A stretch of 64,000 nt of DNA from an uncultured Fibrobacterota bacterium. GTDB taxonomy: Bacteria > Fibrobacterota > Chitinivibrionia > Chitinivibrionales > FEN-1185. Positions 1 through 9,178 of the stretch are shown here, one piece after another; position 1 is the stretch's first letter; every line of letters begins with the position of its first letter. The DNA lies in the NCBI GenBank assembly GCA_963729895.1, contig CAVSQB010000026.1, positions 64,001 to 128,000 on the forward strand. The letters are read 5' to 3'. The translations under genes were made by a program, and so were the position numbers. The notes beneath the pieces are model-generated. The model worked only from the letters and a program-made list of their open reading frames with translations. It was not told where the DNA came from and made no database searches.

Positions 1-180
1 TTCGCCGTTGCAGCATTGCTGCACCACAAAGACGTTTTCGACGGAATCGAGCTGGTGAAGCTGTTCCGCATTCAGCGTGTCCGGAACCGCCGTCTTCTGT
101 TCAAACGCATGCACAGGCCACACGCACAGGGCCGCCGCGCACGCGCACACCGATGCCATCGACATTCTGCGCTTTGTCAT
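1..180 (-). CDS. Secreted hypothetical protein, N-terminal part (runs off window edge)
   Basis: ATG at 180, 2 nt past the rseP stop; hand translation MTKRRMSMASVCACAAALCVWPVHAFEQK... has a signal-peptide-like N-terminus; frame open to position 1. Confidence 0.6.
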   Translation of the reverse strand, partial: MTKRRMSMASVCACAAALCVWPVHAFEQKTAVPDTLNAEQLHQLDSVENVFVVQQCCNGE

Positions 181-182
181 GC

Positions 183-1550
183 CTACCGTCCCGTCATGAT
201 CCGGAGAAGGTCCGGAAGCCGTCCCAGATCGTTGTAGGTTACATACATGAACAACAGGATAAAAAACGCGATTGCCACGCGGTTGATTATCGACTGCGCC
301 GCTATCGACAGTGGTTTCCTGCGCAGCGCCTCGAGCAGCAGGAACAGCAGCAGCCCGCCGTCGGTAATGACAAGCGGCAATAAATTGAGAATGGCCAGGT
401 TGATGCCGATGAGCGCCATTAATTTGAGGATTTCAACCGGTCCCGCAACCGCCACGATGCCGATCCACTGGATAATGCCGACGGGCCCGGAAAGCTCCCT
501 GGTTGACACCTGCTTGGTGGACAGCATTGCGATGACGTTGAAAACCATGGTGGTATTTTCCCACGTTGCCCCGAGCATCTTTCGCGCCGCGGCAACCGGT
601 CCGTAGCGGACCTTAACAGATGCTGAATTTCCCCGCGTGACGCCGATCTGGAATCTGTGCACATCCTTCTTGAATACGGGGACAACCGCCAGCGGCACCA
701 TGGCATTGCCGCGTTTCACGGAAAACCGCATGGGGCCTGCGGTGCTGTCGAAATGAATCACCACCTGCGTAAGCTGGTCCCAGGAAAAGATCTCTTTCCC
801 GTTTATTTCAGCCACGGTGTCGCCGGCCTTGAAGCCTGCGGCGGCCGCGGGCGTACCCTGGCCGACGCTGCCGACCGTGGGAGAATACACGGGAAACAAT
901 CCTCCGGTCGGTTCTTTGGGAAGTCCCCTGCCATTCCATTGCGCCATCACGAGCGGCCTGGTACTCACGACATTGTCGCGCGCAAAGGTGATGTCGTAGC
1001 GCGATTGGCGGAAAGAAAGCTGACGTTCTATGTCTTCCCAGCTTCTCACGGGTCTCCCATTCATGGCGATGACGCTGTCGCCTTCACGAAATCCCGCCTT
1101 CATGGCGCTTGAGCTGTCGCTCACGGCGCCTATAATCGGCCGCTTGAGATAGAGCGGTTCGTCAACGCCCGCGACAAAAACACAATACAGGCACACCATT
1201 GCGAAGAGGTAATTTGCGGCAGGGCCGGCAACGGCCACAATCGCGCGTTGCCATTTGGGCTTTGAGGTGAAATCACCCGGCTCCACCACCGGTTTGTCTT
1301 CCGGGTGCTCGCCGGACATGGCAACATACCCGCCGAACGGCACAGCGCCGATGCGATATTCGGTGCCGCCGACGGTCTTCTTGAGCAGCGGTTTCCCAAA
1401 CCCGATCGAGAAAGCCAGAACCCGTATGCCGCATCCTTTTGCCGCAATAAAATGTCCCAGTTCGTGAACAAGGACGAGAATGCCCAGGACGATGAGTCCA
1501 ACGGCAAAGAAGATCGTGATGATCGCCGCGCTGTGAAAAAAATGCATCAT
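183..1550 (-). CDS. rseP: RIP metalloprotease RseP (M50, two PDZ domains)
   Basis: HELGH zinc motif, FSIGFG, GGYV, AGPAAN, NLLP..DGG; downstream of dxr. Confidence 0.95.
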   Translation of the reverse strand: MMHFFHSAAIITIFFAVGLIVLGILVLVHELGHFIAAKGCGIRVLAFSIGFGKPLLKKTVGGTEYRIGAVPFGGYVAMSGEHPEDKPVVEPGDFTSKPKWQRAIVAVAGPAANYLFAMVCLYCVFVAGVDEPLYLKRPIIGAVSDSSSAMKAGFREGDSVIAMNGRPVRSWEDIERQLSFRQSRYDITFARDNVVSTRPLVMAQWNGRGLPKEPTGGLFPVYSPTVGSVGQGTPAAAAGFKAGDTVAEINGKEIFSWDQLTQVVIHFDSTAGPMRFSVKRGNAMVPLAVVPVFKKDVHRFQIGVTRGNSASVKVRYGPVAAARKMLGATWENTTMVFNVIAMLSTKQVSTRELSGPVGIIQWIGIVAVAGPVEILKLMALIGINLAILNLLPLVITDGGLLLFLLLEALRRKPLSIAAQSIINRVAIAFFILLFMYVTYNDLGRLPDLLRIMTGR

Positions 1551-1565
1551 TAGTGGCTGTCGTTT

Positions 1566-2753
1566 CTATCGGAGGGCATGGGACCGTTCCTCGTTTCTTG
1601 TCCAATCGGAAATAAGTCTGCTCACGTTCGCCCGCGTTCTCCTGTCAGCCTCTTCTACGACCTCAATGGCGTCCGCCGGCACCGGCGAATGATCGTCCAA
1701 GGCCGCCCGCAGCAATTCCGCGATCATGTCGAACCGGATAGTCCCGGCAAGAAACGCGGCGACCGCCACTTCGTTGGCCGCGTTGAGCACCGCAGGCATG
1801 GTACCGCCGCTTCTCCCTGCGGCAAGGCACAGCCCAAGGCAGGGAAAACGCGCAAAGTCGGGCTCGAAAAACGTGAGCTCGCGCAGCTCGGCCAGATTCA
1901 GGCGCCGCGTTTTCAGCTCCAACCGCTTCGGGTATGACAACGCAAACTGGATCGGCAATTCCATGTCGGGAACGCCCATTTGCGCCATGACCGCCCCGTC
2001 GTGGAATTCCACCATGGAATGAATGACGGATTGGGGATGGATGACCACGCGCAGCCGGTCGTAAGGCATGTCGAACAGGTGATGCGCCTCGATCACCTCA
2101 AACCCCTTGTTCACGAGCGTTGCCGCGTCGATGGTGATCTTCCTGCCCATGCTCCAGGTGGGGTGGTTCAGCGCGTCCGCGGGCCGAATGTCTCTGAATT
2201 TGTCAAGCGGGTGGGTCCGAAAAGGGCCGCCTGAGGCCGTCAGGATTATCGATTCCACCGCGGCATGGCTCTCGCCGGTAAGGCACTGCAGAATGGCGCT
2301 GTGCTCGCTATCAACGGGGACAAGCTCCCCGCACCCCTTGCGGACAAGGGAGGTAATGTAGTCGCCTCCTATCACCAGACTTTCCTTGTTCGCAAGCGCC
2401 ACCCGTTTGTTCTTTCTGAGCCCGGCGACGGTTGCCCGCAGGCCCACCGCGCCCACGAGCGCGTTGAGCAGCACGTCGAACTCGGTCTCGTTGACAAGCT
2501 CTTCGAGGCCCGCATCATTGTTGAACACGCGCACGTTCCCATCGAAACGGCGTCCGCTGCCGCCGGCCGCGGCGCTGCCTATGCACACCGATTTAGGCCG
2601 GAATTCTTCGGCAAGGCTCAGGAGCTTTTCCCGGTTGCCGTGCGCCGACATTCCCACGATCTCGAAGCGGTCGGGGAACCGCCTGATGCAGTTGCACGCG
2701 CTGGTGCCGATAGACCCTGTCGCGCCGAGAAGCACTATTCTTGTTCGATTCAT
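1566..2753 (-). CDS. dxr: 1-deoxy-D-xylulose-5-phosphate reductoisomerase
   Basis: LGATGSIG, LANKESLV, PVDSEH, HPTWSMGRKIT, NKGFEVIEA. Confidence 0.97.
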   Translation of the reverse strand: MNRTRIVLLGATGSIGTSACNCIRRFPDRFEIVGMSAHGNREKLLSLAEEFRPKSVCIGSAAAGGSGRRFDGNVRVFNNDAGLEELVNETEFDVLLNALVGAVGLRATVAGLRKNKRVALANKESLVIGGDYITSLVRKGCGELVPVDSEHSAILQCLTGESHAAVESIILTASGGPFRTHPLDKFRDIRPADALNHPTWSMGRKITIDAATLVNKGFEVIEAHHLFDMPYDRLRVVIHPQSVIHSMVEFHDGAVMAQMGVPDMELPIQFALSYPKRLELKTRRLNLAELRELTFFEPDFARFPCLGLCLAAGRSGGTMPAVLNAANEVAVAAFLAGTIRFDMIAELLRAALDDHSPVPADAIEVVEEADRRTRANVSRLISDWTRNEERSHALR

Positions 2754-2792
2754 TCGTCCAGCATTCCGTTTGTCAAGAAAGGGCGGGGCGGG

Positions 2793-4088
2793 TCACGGTC
2801 CGACGGCCGATTCCGCAATTACCCGAATCTTCGAGTCGGCGCCGTTGCTCAGCCAGGCAAACCGCGTTTGCCAGCCCTCGGGACCGGGCGGGGCGGTTGC
2901 GGTACGCGCATTGCATTTGTAATAGAGCTTCATCTTGAAGCATCGCAGGCCCAGAGCGGATTGACATTGCCATGAGCGGACCGAATCCTTTTCCCAGTAT
3001 TTGAGTTCTACGATCTTGCCTGTCTTCACCACGTCGGCTCGTTTCTTCTGCAGCATCCATTCTTCGGGGCCCGCCCGTGCGCCGAACGCGGCACTGCCGC
3101 TTCCGTTCGAGCAGGCAATGTCGACCTGCCCGGTCATATCATACGCTTTTTCGTACTGCTTGCTTTGCAGGAGACGGAGATATTCGTCAAGCGTTTTCAC
3201 ATACTCGTCGGTGGCAAATGCCAGCAAAAAAAGTCCGAGCGTCGGAACCGCCACGAACACGCTTCCGAATCTGTCAAGGACGCCGCCATGGCCCGACAGT
3301 ATTTCGGAGGCGTTTTTGGCCCCAAAGTAGCGTTTCATGAGGGACACCAGAAGGTCGCCCACCTGGGCAAAAACGCCCAGGATAAGTCCCATAAAGATTC
3401 CCAGGTACCACGGATACGCCGGGTTGCGAAGGAAGGTCCACAACACCGAATATGCGACAACCGCGGTCACGAATCCGCCGATGCTTCCCTCGACGGTCTT
3501 GTTCGGGCTGATGTTGCTGTAATGGTGCTTCCCCCAGGTGCAGCCCACGAAATAGGCCATGGTGTCGCACAGGAACACCGACCCTATCACCAGGACAAAT
3601 CCTATTCTGGAAAGCATTTCGGGGCCGTACGACTTGAAAAAAGACTGGAAACCGGGATCGAACAGGTACAGGATGGATACTCCCGCAATGTAAAGAAACA
3701 CGACTGCGGAGAACGACAAGCTTGCGCGCCTCCACCTGCCCGAATTCCTTTTTCCCCACACGATAGCCTCGAACGCAACGATAAGAAGGAGAACGAAAAT
3801 GGAATATCGCAGGGGTATCGACAACTTGAACATGCCGAGAACGAGCTCGGTGGCAAGCCACACCAAGCCGAGCCAGAATGCGTTTCTCGGGAAGAAGACC
3901 GCCAGCATCCGGTTGTACTCGAGCCCGCCCATGATGATAAGCGCGATGGTGATCACCATACCGGGCACAATGTGGTACGGCGAACCGGGAGGAACCAGCG
4001 ACAGGTTAGAATTCATGCCCCACCACCCGATGGGAATGGCGGGGATCGCAAAGAGAAGCCGCCGGCGCAGGTTGCGGGGATCGATCAT
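2793..4088 (-). CDS. cdsA: Phosphatidate cytidylyltransferase with extra ~140-aa C-terminal domain
   Basis: DTMAYFVG, ISPNKTVEG, GDLLVSLMKR, GHGGVLDRF; position between uppS and dxr. Confidence 0.88.
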   Translation of the reverse strand: MIDPRNLRRRLLFAIPAIPIGWWGMNSNLSLVPPGSPYHIVPGMVITIALIIMGGLEYNRMLAVFFPRNAFWLGLVWLATELVLGMFKLSIPLRYSIFVLLLIVAFEAIVWGKRNSGRWRRASLSFSAVVFLYIAGVSILYLFDPGFQSFFKSYGPEMLSRIGFVLVIGSVFLCDTMAYFVGCTWGKHHYSNISPNKTVEGSIGGFVTAVVAYSVLWTFLRNPAYPWYLGIFMGLILGVFAQVGDLLVSLMKRYFGAKNASEILSGHGGVLDRFGSVFVAVPTLGLFLLAFATDEYVKTLDEYLRLLQSKQYEKAYDMTGQVDIACSNGSGSAAFGARAGPEEWMLQKKRADVVKTGKIVELKYWEKDSVRSWQCQSALGLRCFKMKLYYKCNARTATAPPGPEGWQTRFAWLSNGADSKIRVIAESAVGP

Positions 4089-4795
4089 ACGATCTCCTTA
4101 ACCGTTCCGAACCGGCGTTCGCGTTTGTTAAAATCGTTGATCGCCTCAATCAGGCATTTCTTGTCGAAATCGGGCCACAGCACGTCGGTGAAGTACAACT
4201 CTGCGTAGGCCGATTGCCAAAGGAGAAAATTGCTGGTCCGGATTTCGCCGGCCGTTCGAATGATGAGGTCCGGATCGGGAAACGCGGCCGTAGAGAGATA
4301 CTTCCTGAAAGTTTCCTCGGTGAGGTCGCCGATGAGGGACGGTGCGGCAAGCGCGTCCCGGGCGAAGTCCTTTACGGCCTCTATTATTTCGGCCCTGCCG
4401 CCGTAACTCACCGCGAGCACCAGATTGAGCCCGGTATTCCCTTTTGTCGCCTCGATCCCGGCAAGAAGCTCCCTGCGCGTCTTGGGCGGAAGCCTGGAGA
4501 GATCGCCGATGGCGTGAAGCCTCACATTGTTCTTGTTGAGTTCCCGGATTTCCCGCCGCGTCATTTCAACCAGGAGGTCCATAAGCAGGGCTATTTCCCT
4601 TTGCGGCCTGCCCCAGTTTTCCGCGGAAAAAACGTAGATGGTGAGATAGCGTATTCCAAGCTCACCGCACGATCGCACGATATTTCGGGTGGCATCGGTG
4701 CCGGCCCGGTGCCCGGCGGACCTCGGCAACCCGCGCGCCTTTGCCCAGCGGCCGTTGCCGTCAAGGATGATGCCTATATGGGTGGGGACATTCAT
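4085..4795 (-). CDS. uppS: Isoprenyl transferase (undecaprenyl diphosphate synthase)
   Basis: HIGIILDGNGRWA, FSAENWGRP, SYGGR, PDLIIRT, RTSNFLLWQ. Confidence 0.97.
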   Translation of the reverse strand: MNVPTHIGIILDGNGRWAKARGLPRSAGHRAGTDATRNIVRSCGELGIRYLTIYVFSAENWGRPQREIALLMDLLVEMTRREIRELNKNNVRLHAIGDLSRLPPKTRRELLAGIEATKGNTGLNLVLAVSYGGRAEIIEAVKDFARDALAAPSLIGDLTEETFRKYLSTAAFPDPDLIIRTAGEIRTSNFLLWQSAYAELYFTDVLWPDFDKKCLIEAINDFNKRERRFGTVKEIV

Positions 4796-4977
4796 GGCAA
4801 AGCTGTCATTTCACGGAACAGGCTGTCTCGGGAGAAGTCTTTCGCGGATTTTGGTCATCCAAATATATATCCCGATTAAAAGGAAATGAACCAAAAAGCA
4901 CCTGTTCCTCCCTCATAAAGCCAATCCTGGGCCGGTGAAAAAACGTATATTGTGGTATGCCGGACAAAGGAGCCACA

Positions 4978-5247
4978 ATGAGCATTGAAATATCAAGACC
5001 CACAAAGACCGAACTGCGGAAGAAGGGTGTATTGACATGGCCTGTGTGGGAAAAAGAAGTGTCGCGATTCGACTGGTTCTACGAGCAAACCGAAGAATGC
5101 TACCTCGTTGAGGGAAAAGTGATTGTCTGGACAAAAGACGGAAAGCGGTTCGAATTCGGCAAAGGTGATTTCGTCCGGTTCCCCAAGGGCCTCGAATGCC
5201 AATGGGACATCAGGGAGCCCGTGAAGAAACATTACTGCTTCAAGTGA
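4978..5247 (+). CDS. Cupin (DUF861/cupin_3) small protein
   Basis: WEKEVSRFDW..E.CY..EG.V..GD.V.FPKG..C.W; AAGGAG RBS before ATG 4978. Confidence 0.85.
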   Translation: MSIEISRPTKTELRKKGVLTWPVWEKEVSRFDWFYEQTEECYLVEGKVIVWTKDGKRFEFGKGDFVRFPKGLECQWDIREPVKKHYCFK

Positions 5248-5339
5248 TGTTGTCGCGGGGATTGCGCGGGCTGAGGCATTCGACATCCGCACTTTGATAG
5301 AGCCCCTGTCCGTATCACAGTGCATCCCGGGAATTCCCG

Positions 5340-6098
5340 ATGTTCCCCATCAGAGATGACAATCCCACGATTCACAAATCGGTTGTCGTCTTCCTCATCA
5401 TAGCGATCAACGCCGCAGTCTGGATTTTTGTTCAGGGCGCAGGCTTTAATCCGGCAATGGCAAAATCTCTGTGCCACTTCGGACTCGTGCCCGGCGAACT
5501 GCTCGGTCTGGTTGCGCCCGGAACGCAGGTCCCTTTGGGCGGCGGGTTTGCCTGCGTCGTTGAGAATTCGCAGAACTGGTACACTCTTATCACACACATG
5601 TTTATGCATGGCGGTTGGCTGCATATCATCGGTAACATGTGGTTTCTCGCCATATTCGGCGATAATGTGGAAGACTCCATGGGTTCATTCCGATTTGTCT
5701 TTTTTTACCTGTTGTGCGGCCTGGCCGCGGCCGGCACGCAGATGTTTCTCGACCCTCGCAGCGCTATGCCCATGATAGGCGCTTCGGGCGCGATAGGCGG
5801 AGTCATGGGTGCGTACATCGTACTGTACCCTCGCGCTCCCATTCACATGCTCGTGTTTCTCGGCTTCTTTGTGACCCGGATCATTGTTCCCGCCTACTTC
5901 ATGCTTGGCTACTGGTTTATGCTGCAACTTCTCGGCGTGATACCGGCAATCGGCGGAAGGAACGGCGGCGGCGTTGCGGTGGGCGCGCACGTGGGAGGAT
6001 TCTTGGCGGGGGTGCTCCTGATTTTCTTTTTCAGGCGAATGGACAGGGTGAGGGAAAAAAGGGCGATGCGGGTTTGGCGAGGATGGAAATATAGATGA
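5340..6098 (+). CDS. Rhomboid family intramembrane serine protease
   Basis: MFPIRD start, HGGWLHIIGNM, GASG catalytic Ser, AHVGGF catalytic His. Confidence 0.93.
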   Translation: MFPIRDDNPTIHKSVVVFLIIAINAAVWIFVQGAGFNPAMAKSLCHFGLVPGELLGLVAPGTQVPLGGGFACVVENSQNWYTLITHMFMHGGWLHIIGNMWFLAIFGDNVEDSMGSFRFVFFYLLCGLAAAGTQMFLDPRSAMPMIGASGAIGGVMGAYIVLYPRAPIHMLVFLGFFVTRIIVPAYFMLGYWFMLQLLGVIPAIGGRNGGGVAVGAHVGGFLAGVLLIFFFRRMDRVREKRAMRVWRGWKYR

Positions 6099-6136
6099 GT
6101 GCTTAAGTCGAAATCGGATTAAGAAGCTGGGCGTTC

Positions 6137-6176
6137 CCCTTTGTAGAGTCTCACCGCCATGCGACTCTACAAAGGG
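6137..6176. repeat. GTAG-type REP-like palindrome
   Basis: Perfect 14-bp inverted repeat CCCTTTGTAGAGTC / GACTCTACAAAGGG between convergent genes. Confidence 0.6.
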
Positions 6177-6433
6177 TCGGCCCTCCCTCCGGGCTCGGCC
6201 GTTCGGCCTCGTTGCCGGCTCGCCCCAGTCGCCTTTGGCGAGGGTCGACCGGCAATGCGCTTCAGCGCACCCTGCGGTCCTGCCTAACGCGAAAACAAAG
6301 CTCCACTGCCGCCAAATATCCAGAAACCTGTCGAACTCCGACAGGTAAGTTTTTCTGCTCAATCACATGGGGCGAACTTCATTTAGCGGTAAATGGAACG
6401 TGTGGAAAACGCGGTTTTGCAGCTGCAGCTCCC

Positions 6434-6994
6434 CTATTTCTTGCGCAAGGGTTTGAGGGCATTGCCCCAGGCAACCACCTGATCGAGCATGACGCCAAGC
6501 GACTTTTCGTGCGCTGCATTGGGCTTGAACACGCGATAGTTCTCAAAATCGTTGTGGAGCGAGATCATCACCTGGGCGCGGACGTCGGCTACCTGAACCT
6601 CTCCCAGCACAAGTCGCATTTGTTCAGCGGCTCGCGCTCCGCCGATGCTTCCATAGCTTACCAATCCGGCCGCCTTGTTGTTCCATTCGCCGTACAGGAA
6701 ATCGATTGCATTCTTGAGAGCGCCGGGTATTCCATGATTGTACTCCCCTGTCACGAAGACAAAGGCGTCGAATGAATCTATCTTCGCGGCCCAGCCCTTG
6801 GTATGCGGGTTCAGATGCTGGCCCATGGACGGCGGCATGGGTTCGTCCAGCAGCGGCAAATTGTAGTCCTTGATATCCACAAGTTCAAACTCGGAATCGG
6901 TACGATTCTTTGCAATTTCGTAAGCCCATTTGGCCACTCCCTCGCCGAGCCTGCCGGGGCGGGTACTGCCAAGGATGACTGCAGTCTTGATCAT
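6434..6994 (-). CDS. NADPH-dependent FMN reductase
   Basis: ILGSTRPGR, EYNHGIPGALKNAID, VSYG..GG.RA; GAGGAGGT RBS fixes start at 6994. Confidence 0.92.
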   Translation of the reverse strand: MIKTAVILGSTRPGRLGEGVAKWAYEIAKNRTDSEFELVDIKDYNLPLLDEPMPPSMGQHLNPHTKGWAAKIDSFDAFVFVTGEYNHGIPGALKNAIDFLYGEWNNKAAGLVSYGSIGGARAAEQMRLVLGEVQVADVRAQVMISLHNDFENYRVFKPNAAHEKSLGVMLDQVVAWGNALKPLRKK

Positions 6995-7083
6995 GGTAGA
7001 GACCTCCTCAAAAAGGTAAGATTTTCTTCGGAAAGACTGTTTCGTAGGACGCGCGACGCGCCACGAGGCCCGCGCCATCCCGC

Positions 7084-7608
7084 TTATTTCTTCTCCCGTC
7101 CCTCCCCTTCCTTCCTCGCCGCCTCCCAAAACACCCCCGCAAACGCCCACGTTGACTTGTCTTTGCGGACAAACACGAGGTGCAGCTTCGAAACGCCGCA
7201 CAGCGCCTTGCACACGATCTCAACCCTGTTTTTCCCTGCGATGTTCACCTGGGTGAAATCGGACTCGGCAACGGGATAGGCGTCTCTGTTGTACATTCCG
7301 GCACAATTGGCCGTCAGAAACGATGCGCCCTGTCTGGCCGGAACGGCGGCGAGTTTCTTCTCATATTTATAATAACCGTCGGTCTGAACTGAAAAGTCTT
7401 TGGCCAGCTTTTGCAGCCTTGTGTCCGTCCTGATGGTGTCCAAAGGATAGCAGACCATTTTCTGCGGCAGGAGCGCAACAAGACCGGCTGAATCGCGCGT
7501 GACGATGGCGCGTATGACGGCATGCGTGAGCATATCGTAGTTGTCTGACGCGGACACGGCAAGAACCGAAAACGTCAAGAAGAATGCGATGAGACGGAAA
7601 CGCATCAT
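7084..7608 (-). CDS. Secreted hypothetical protein
   Basis: Signal peptide MMRFRLIAFFLTFSVLAVSA; purine-rich RBS upstream. Confidence 0.7.
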   Translation of the reverse strand: MMRFRLIAFFLTFSVLAVSASDNYDMLTHAVIRAIVTRDSAGLVALLPQKMVCYPLDTIRTDTRLQKLAKDFSVQTDGYYKYEKKLAAVPARQGASFLTANCAGMYNRDAYPVAESDFTQVNIAGKNRVEIVCKALCGVSKLHLVFVRKDKSTWAFAGVFWEAARKEGEGREKK

Positions 7609-7823
7609 GGTCTTCCCCTTTTCCGAATTGGTGCAAAAGGTGAGGCGAATGGCGAAGAAGAAGAATAATTCCTTCTTCTTCTCATGTCAACAACATTCCG
7701 GCGTTGCCGAAGGGTAACGTTCTTGTGCCTTGCGTTGAAGAGAAGCGCAGTCCTGTTGAAACTGGGCAAAGCTGCAGTTTACTCCGCCTTCTAAACCCAA
7801 TCTGCAATTTTCAATCGGATCGA

Positions 7824-8717
7824 CTACATCCTGCTGCCCGGCGCGCCGAACATGCCCGATCCGCTTCCGGCGGCAAGTCCGAAAATGCTTTCGGGAGTCT
7901 CGGCATTTTCGGCGGTGACGCCGAACCGTTGCTCGCTTGCTCCCAAGCCGCGCTTGAGTCCGGCGGCCGACATGCGGAGGAGTTCGTCGGTATTCATGGA
8001 ATTCCATTCCCCGTCCCGAACGGAACTGAGGCCGTAGTGGGGCACATTGACAACATTGGAACGGACCGCAAGGTAGAACTTTCCGTCGGAGGTGAGGAAC
8101 CCGCATTCGACGACATATGCTCGTCCTGATTCCGGCACGTGCACGTACCAGTTGTTGGCATAGTCGTTGATCTCGATGTCGGTATATCTCTGGGCATTGG
8201 ACCCATTGTAATCGATGTCGGTCACATCGCAGATTCGCAGGAGCTTTTTGCTGGTCTGGAAAGCGGCGTCCCCCATCTTGCGCTTAAGGGATTCCCGGGA
8301 AGATTCGCTTATTTCCCAGTAAACGAAGAGCCATTCCGGGTCGCGCGGCATGGCTCGCATGTAGGTGTCGTTGTAGGAATCCGGAACGTCGGTTTGAAAA
8401 AAGTATTTGGGCCCAGTTAGGGGAGACTGCGGAGATACAAAGGTCGAATGAACGGCCTTGGGAACCTTGCCGTTACCATTTTTCCCGGCAGTCACACGCT
8501 GGACCCGTGTTTTCCGTTCAATCTCTTTTGCGGGAGCGGCCGTGGATCTTGCCAGGGGCTCAAACCGTTTGGCTGCAGGCTTCTTTGGAACCGATGGTTC
8601 TTTAGGCGCGGCATTAGCGATTGCAGCCTTCGTAGGTCTCGATTCTCTTTTTAGGAATGCTTTTACCGCTTTTGCGACAGTGCCGCGTTTAACCGGCTTT
8701 TTCTTCTTTCCCGCCAT
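7824..8717 (-). CDS. DUF4912 domain protein with basic Lys/Ala-rich N-terminus
   Basis: Y..T...MPRDPEWLFVYWEI, ANNWYVHV, RSN.V..P; GGAGG RBS before ATG 8717. Confidence 0.85.
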   Translation of the reverse strand: MAGKKKKPVKRGTVAKAVKAFLKRESRPTKAAIANAAPKEPSVPKKPAAKRFEPLARSTAAPAKEIERKTRVQRVTAGKNGNGKVPKAVHSTFVSPQSPLTGPKYFFQTDVPDSYNDTYMRAMPRDPEWLFVYWEISESSRESLKRKMGDAAFQTSKKLLRICDVTDIDYNGSNAQRYTDIEINDYANNWYVHVPESGRAYVVECGFLTSDGKFYLAVRSNVVNVPHYGLSSVRDGEWNSMNTDELLRMSAAGLKRGLGASEQRFGVTAENAETPESIFGLAAGSGSGMFGAPGSRM

Positions 8718-8901
8718 GATTGGCCTCCCAATTTTGCTACATACGAGAGCCATGGAACCGGTGCTTTATCTCAAAAAACGCGCCCCCGCTACCACCCCGC
8801 AACGCTCGATTGGAAAGAGGTGACAGGACTCAGGAACACCCATAGAAACTAGATAGAGCGCATCTCAGAATGACGTCTTATTGCTGTAGTCTGCAAGAAA
8901 A

Positions 8902-8919
8902 ATGCAACATCTGTGCCAA
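8902..8919 (-). promoter_or_regulatory. Sigma-54 (-24/-12) promoter for the DUF4912 gene
   Basis: Minus strand TTGGCAC-AGATG-TTGCAT matches the TGGCAC-N5-TTGCW consensus exactly. Confidence 0.75.
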
Positions 8920-8987
8920 CTCAGCCCAATTTCCATGTCTTCCAACGGACTCTTACCAGGTTCCACATATTCACCCAAATTGAAGAA

Positions 8988-9007
8988 CCTCGTCCCGCGG
9001 GACGAGG
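8988..9007. repeat. Perfect 20-bp palindrome
   Basis: CCTCGTCCCG|CGGGACGAGG. Confidence 0.7.
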
Positions 9008-9178
9008 AAAAGGCCAATGACACAATATCCAGCGCGAAGCGCTATTACCACACCTTAGGGAATGAAATGACAATTTTCCATCCCTATGGAAAAAAAACAT
9101 ATCCATAGTCGCTCGCTATGGGATTGCTTCGCTCCCAAGAAGCTCCCAACCACGATAATGCCTCAAGCGCGCAGCAGA

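Noticed and set aside
7735..7785. GAAA...GCAAAGC segment resembling a c-di-GMP-I riboswitch
   Set aside because: Lacks the GGCAAAC 5' element and second stem, and lies on the wrong strand for the flanking genes.
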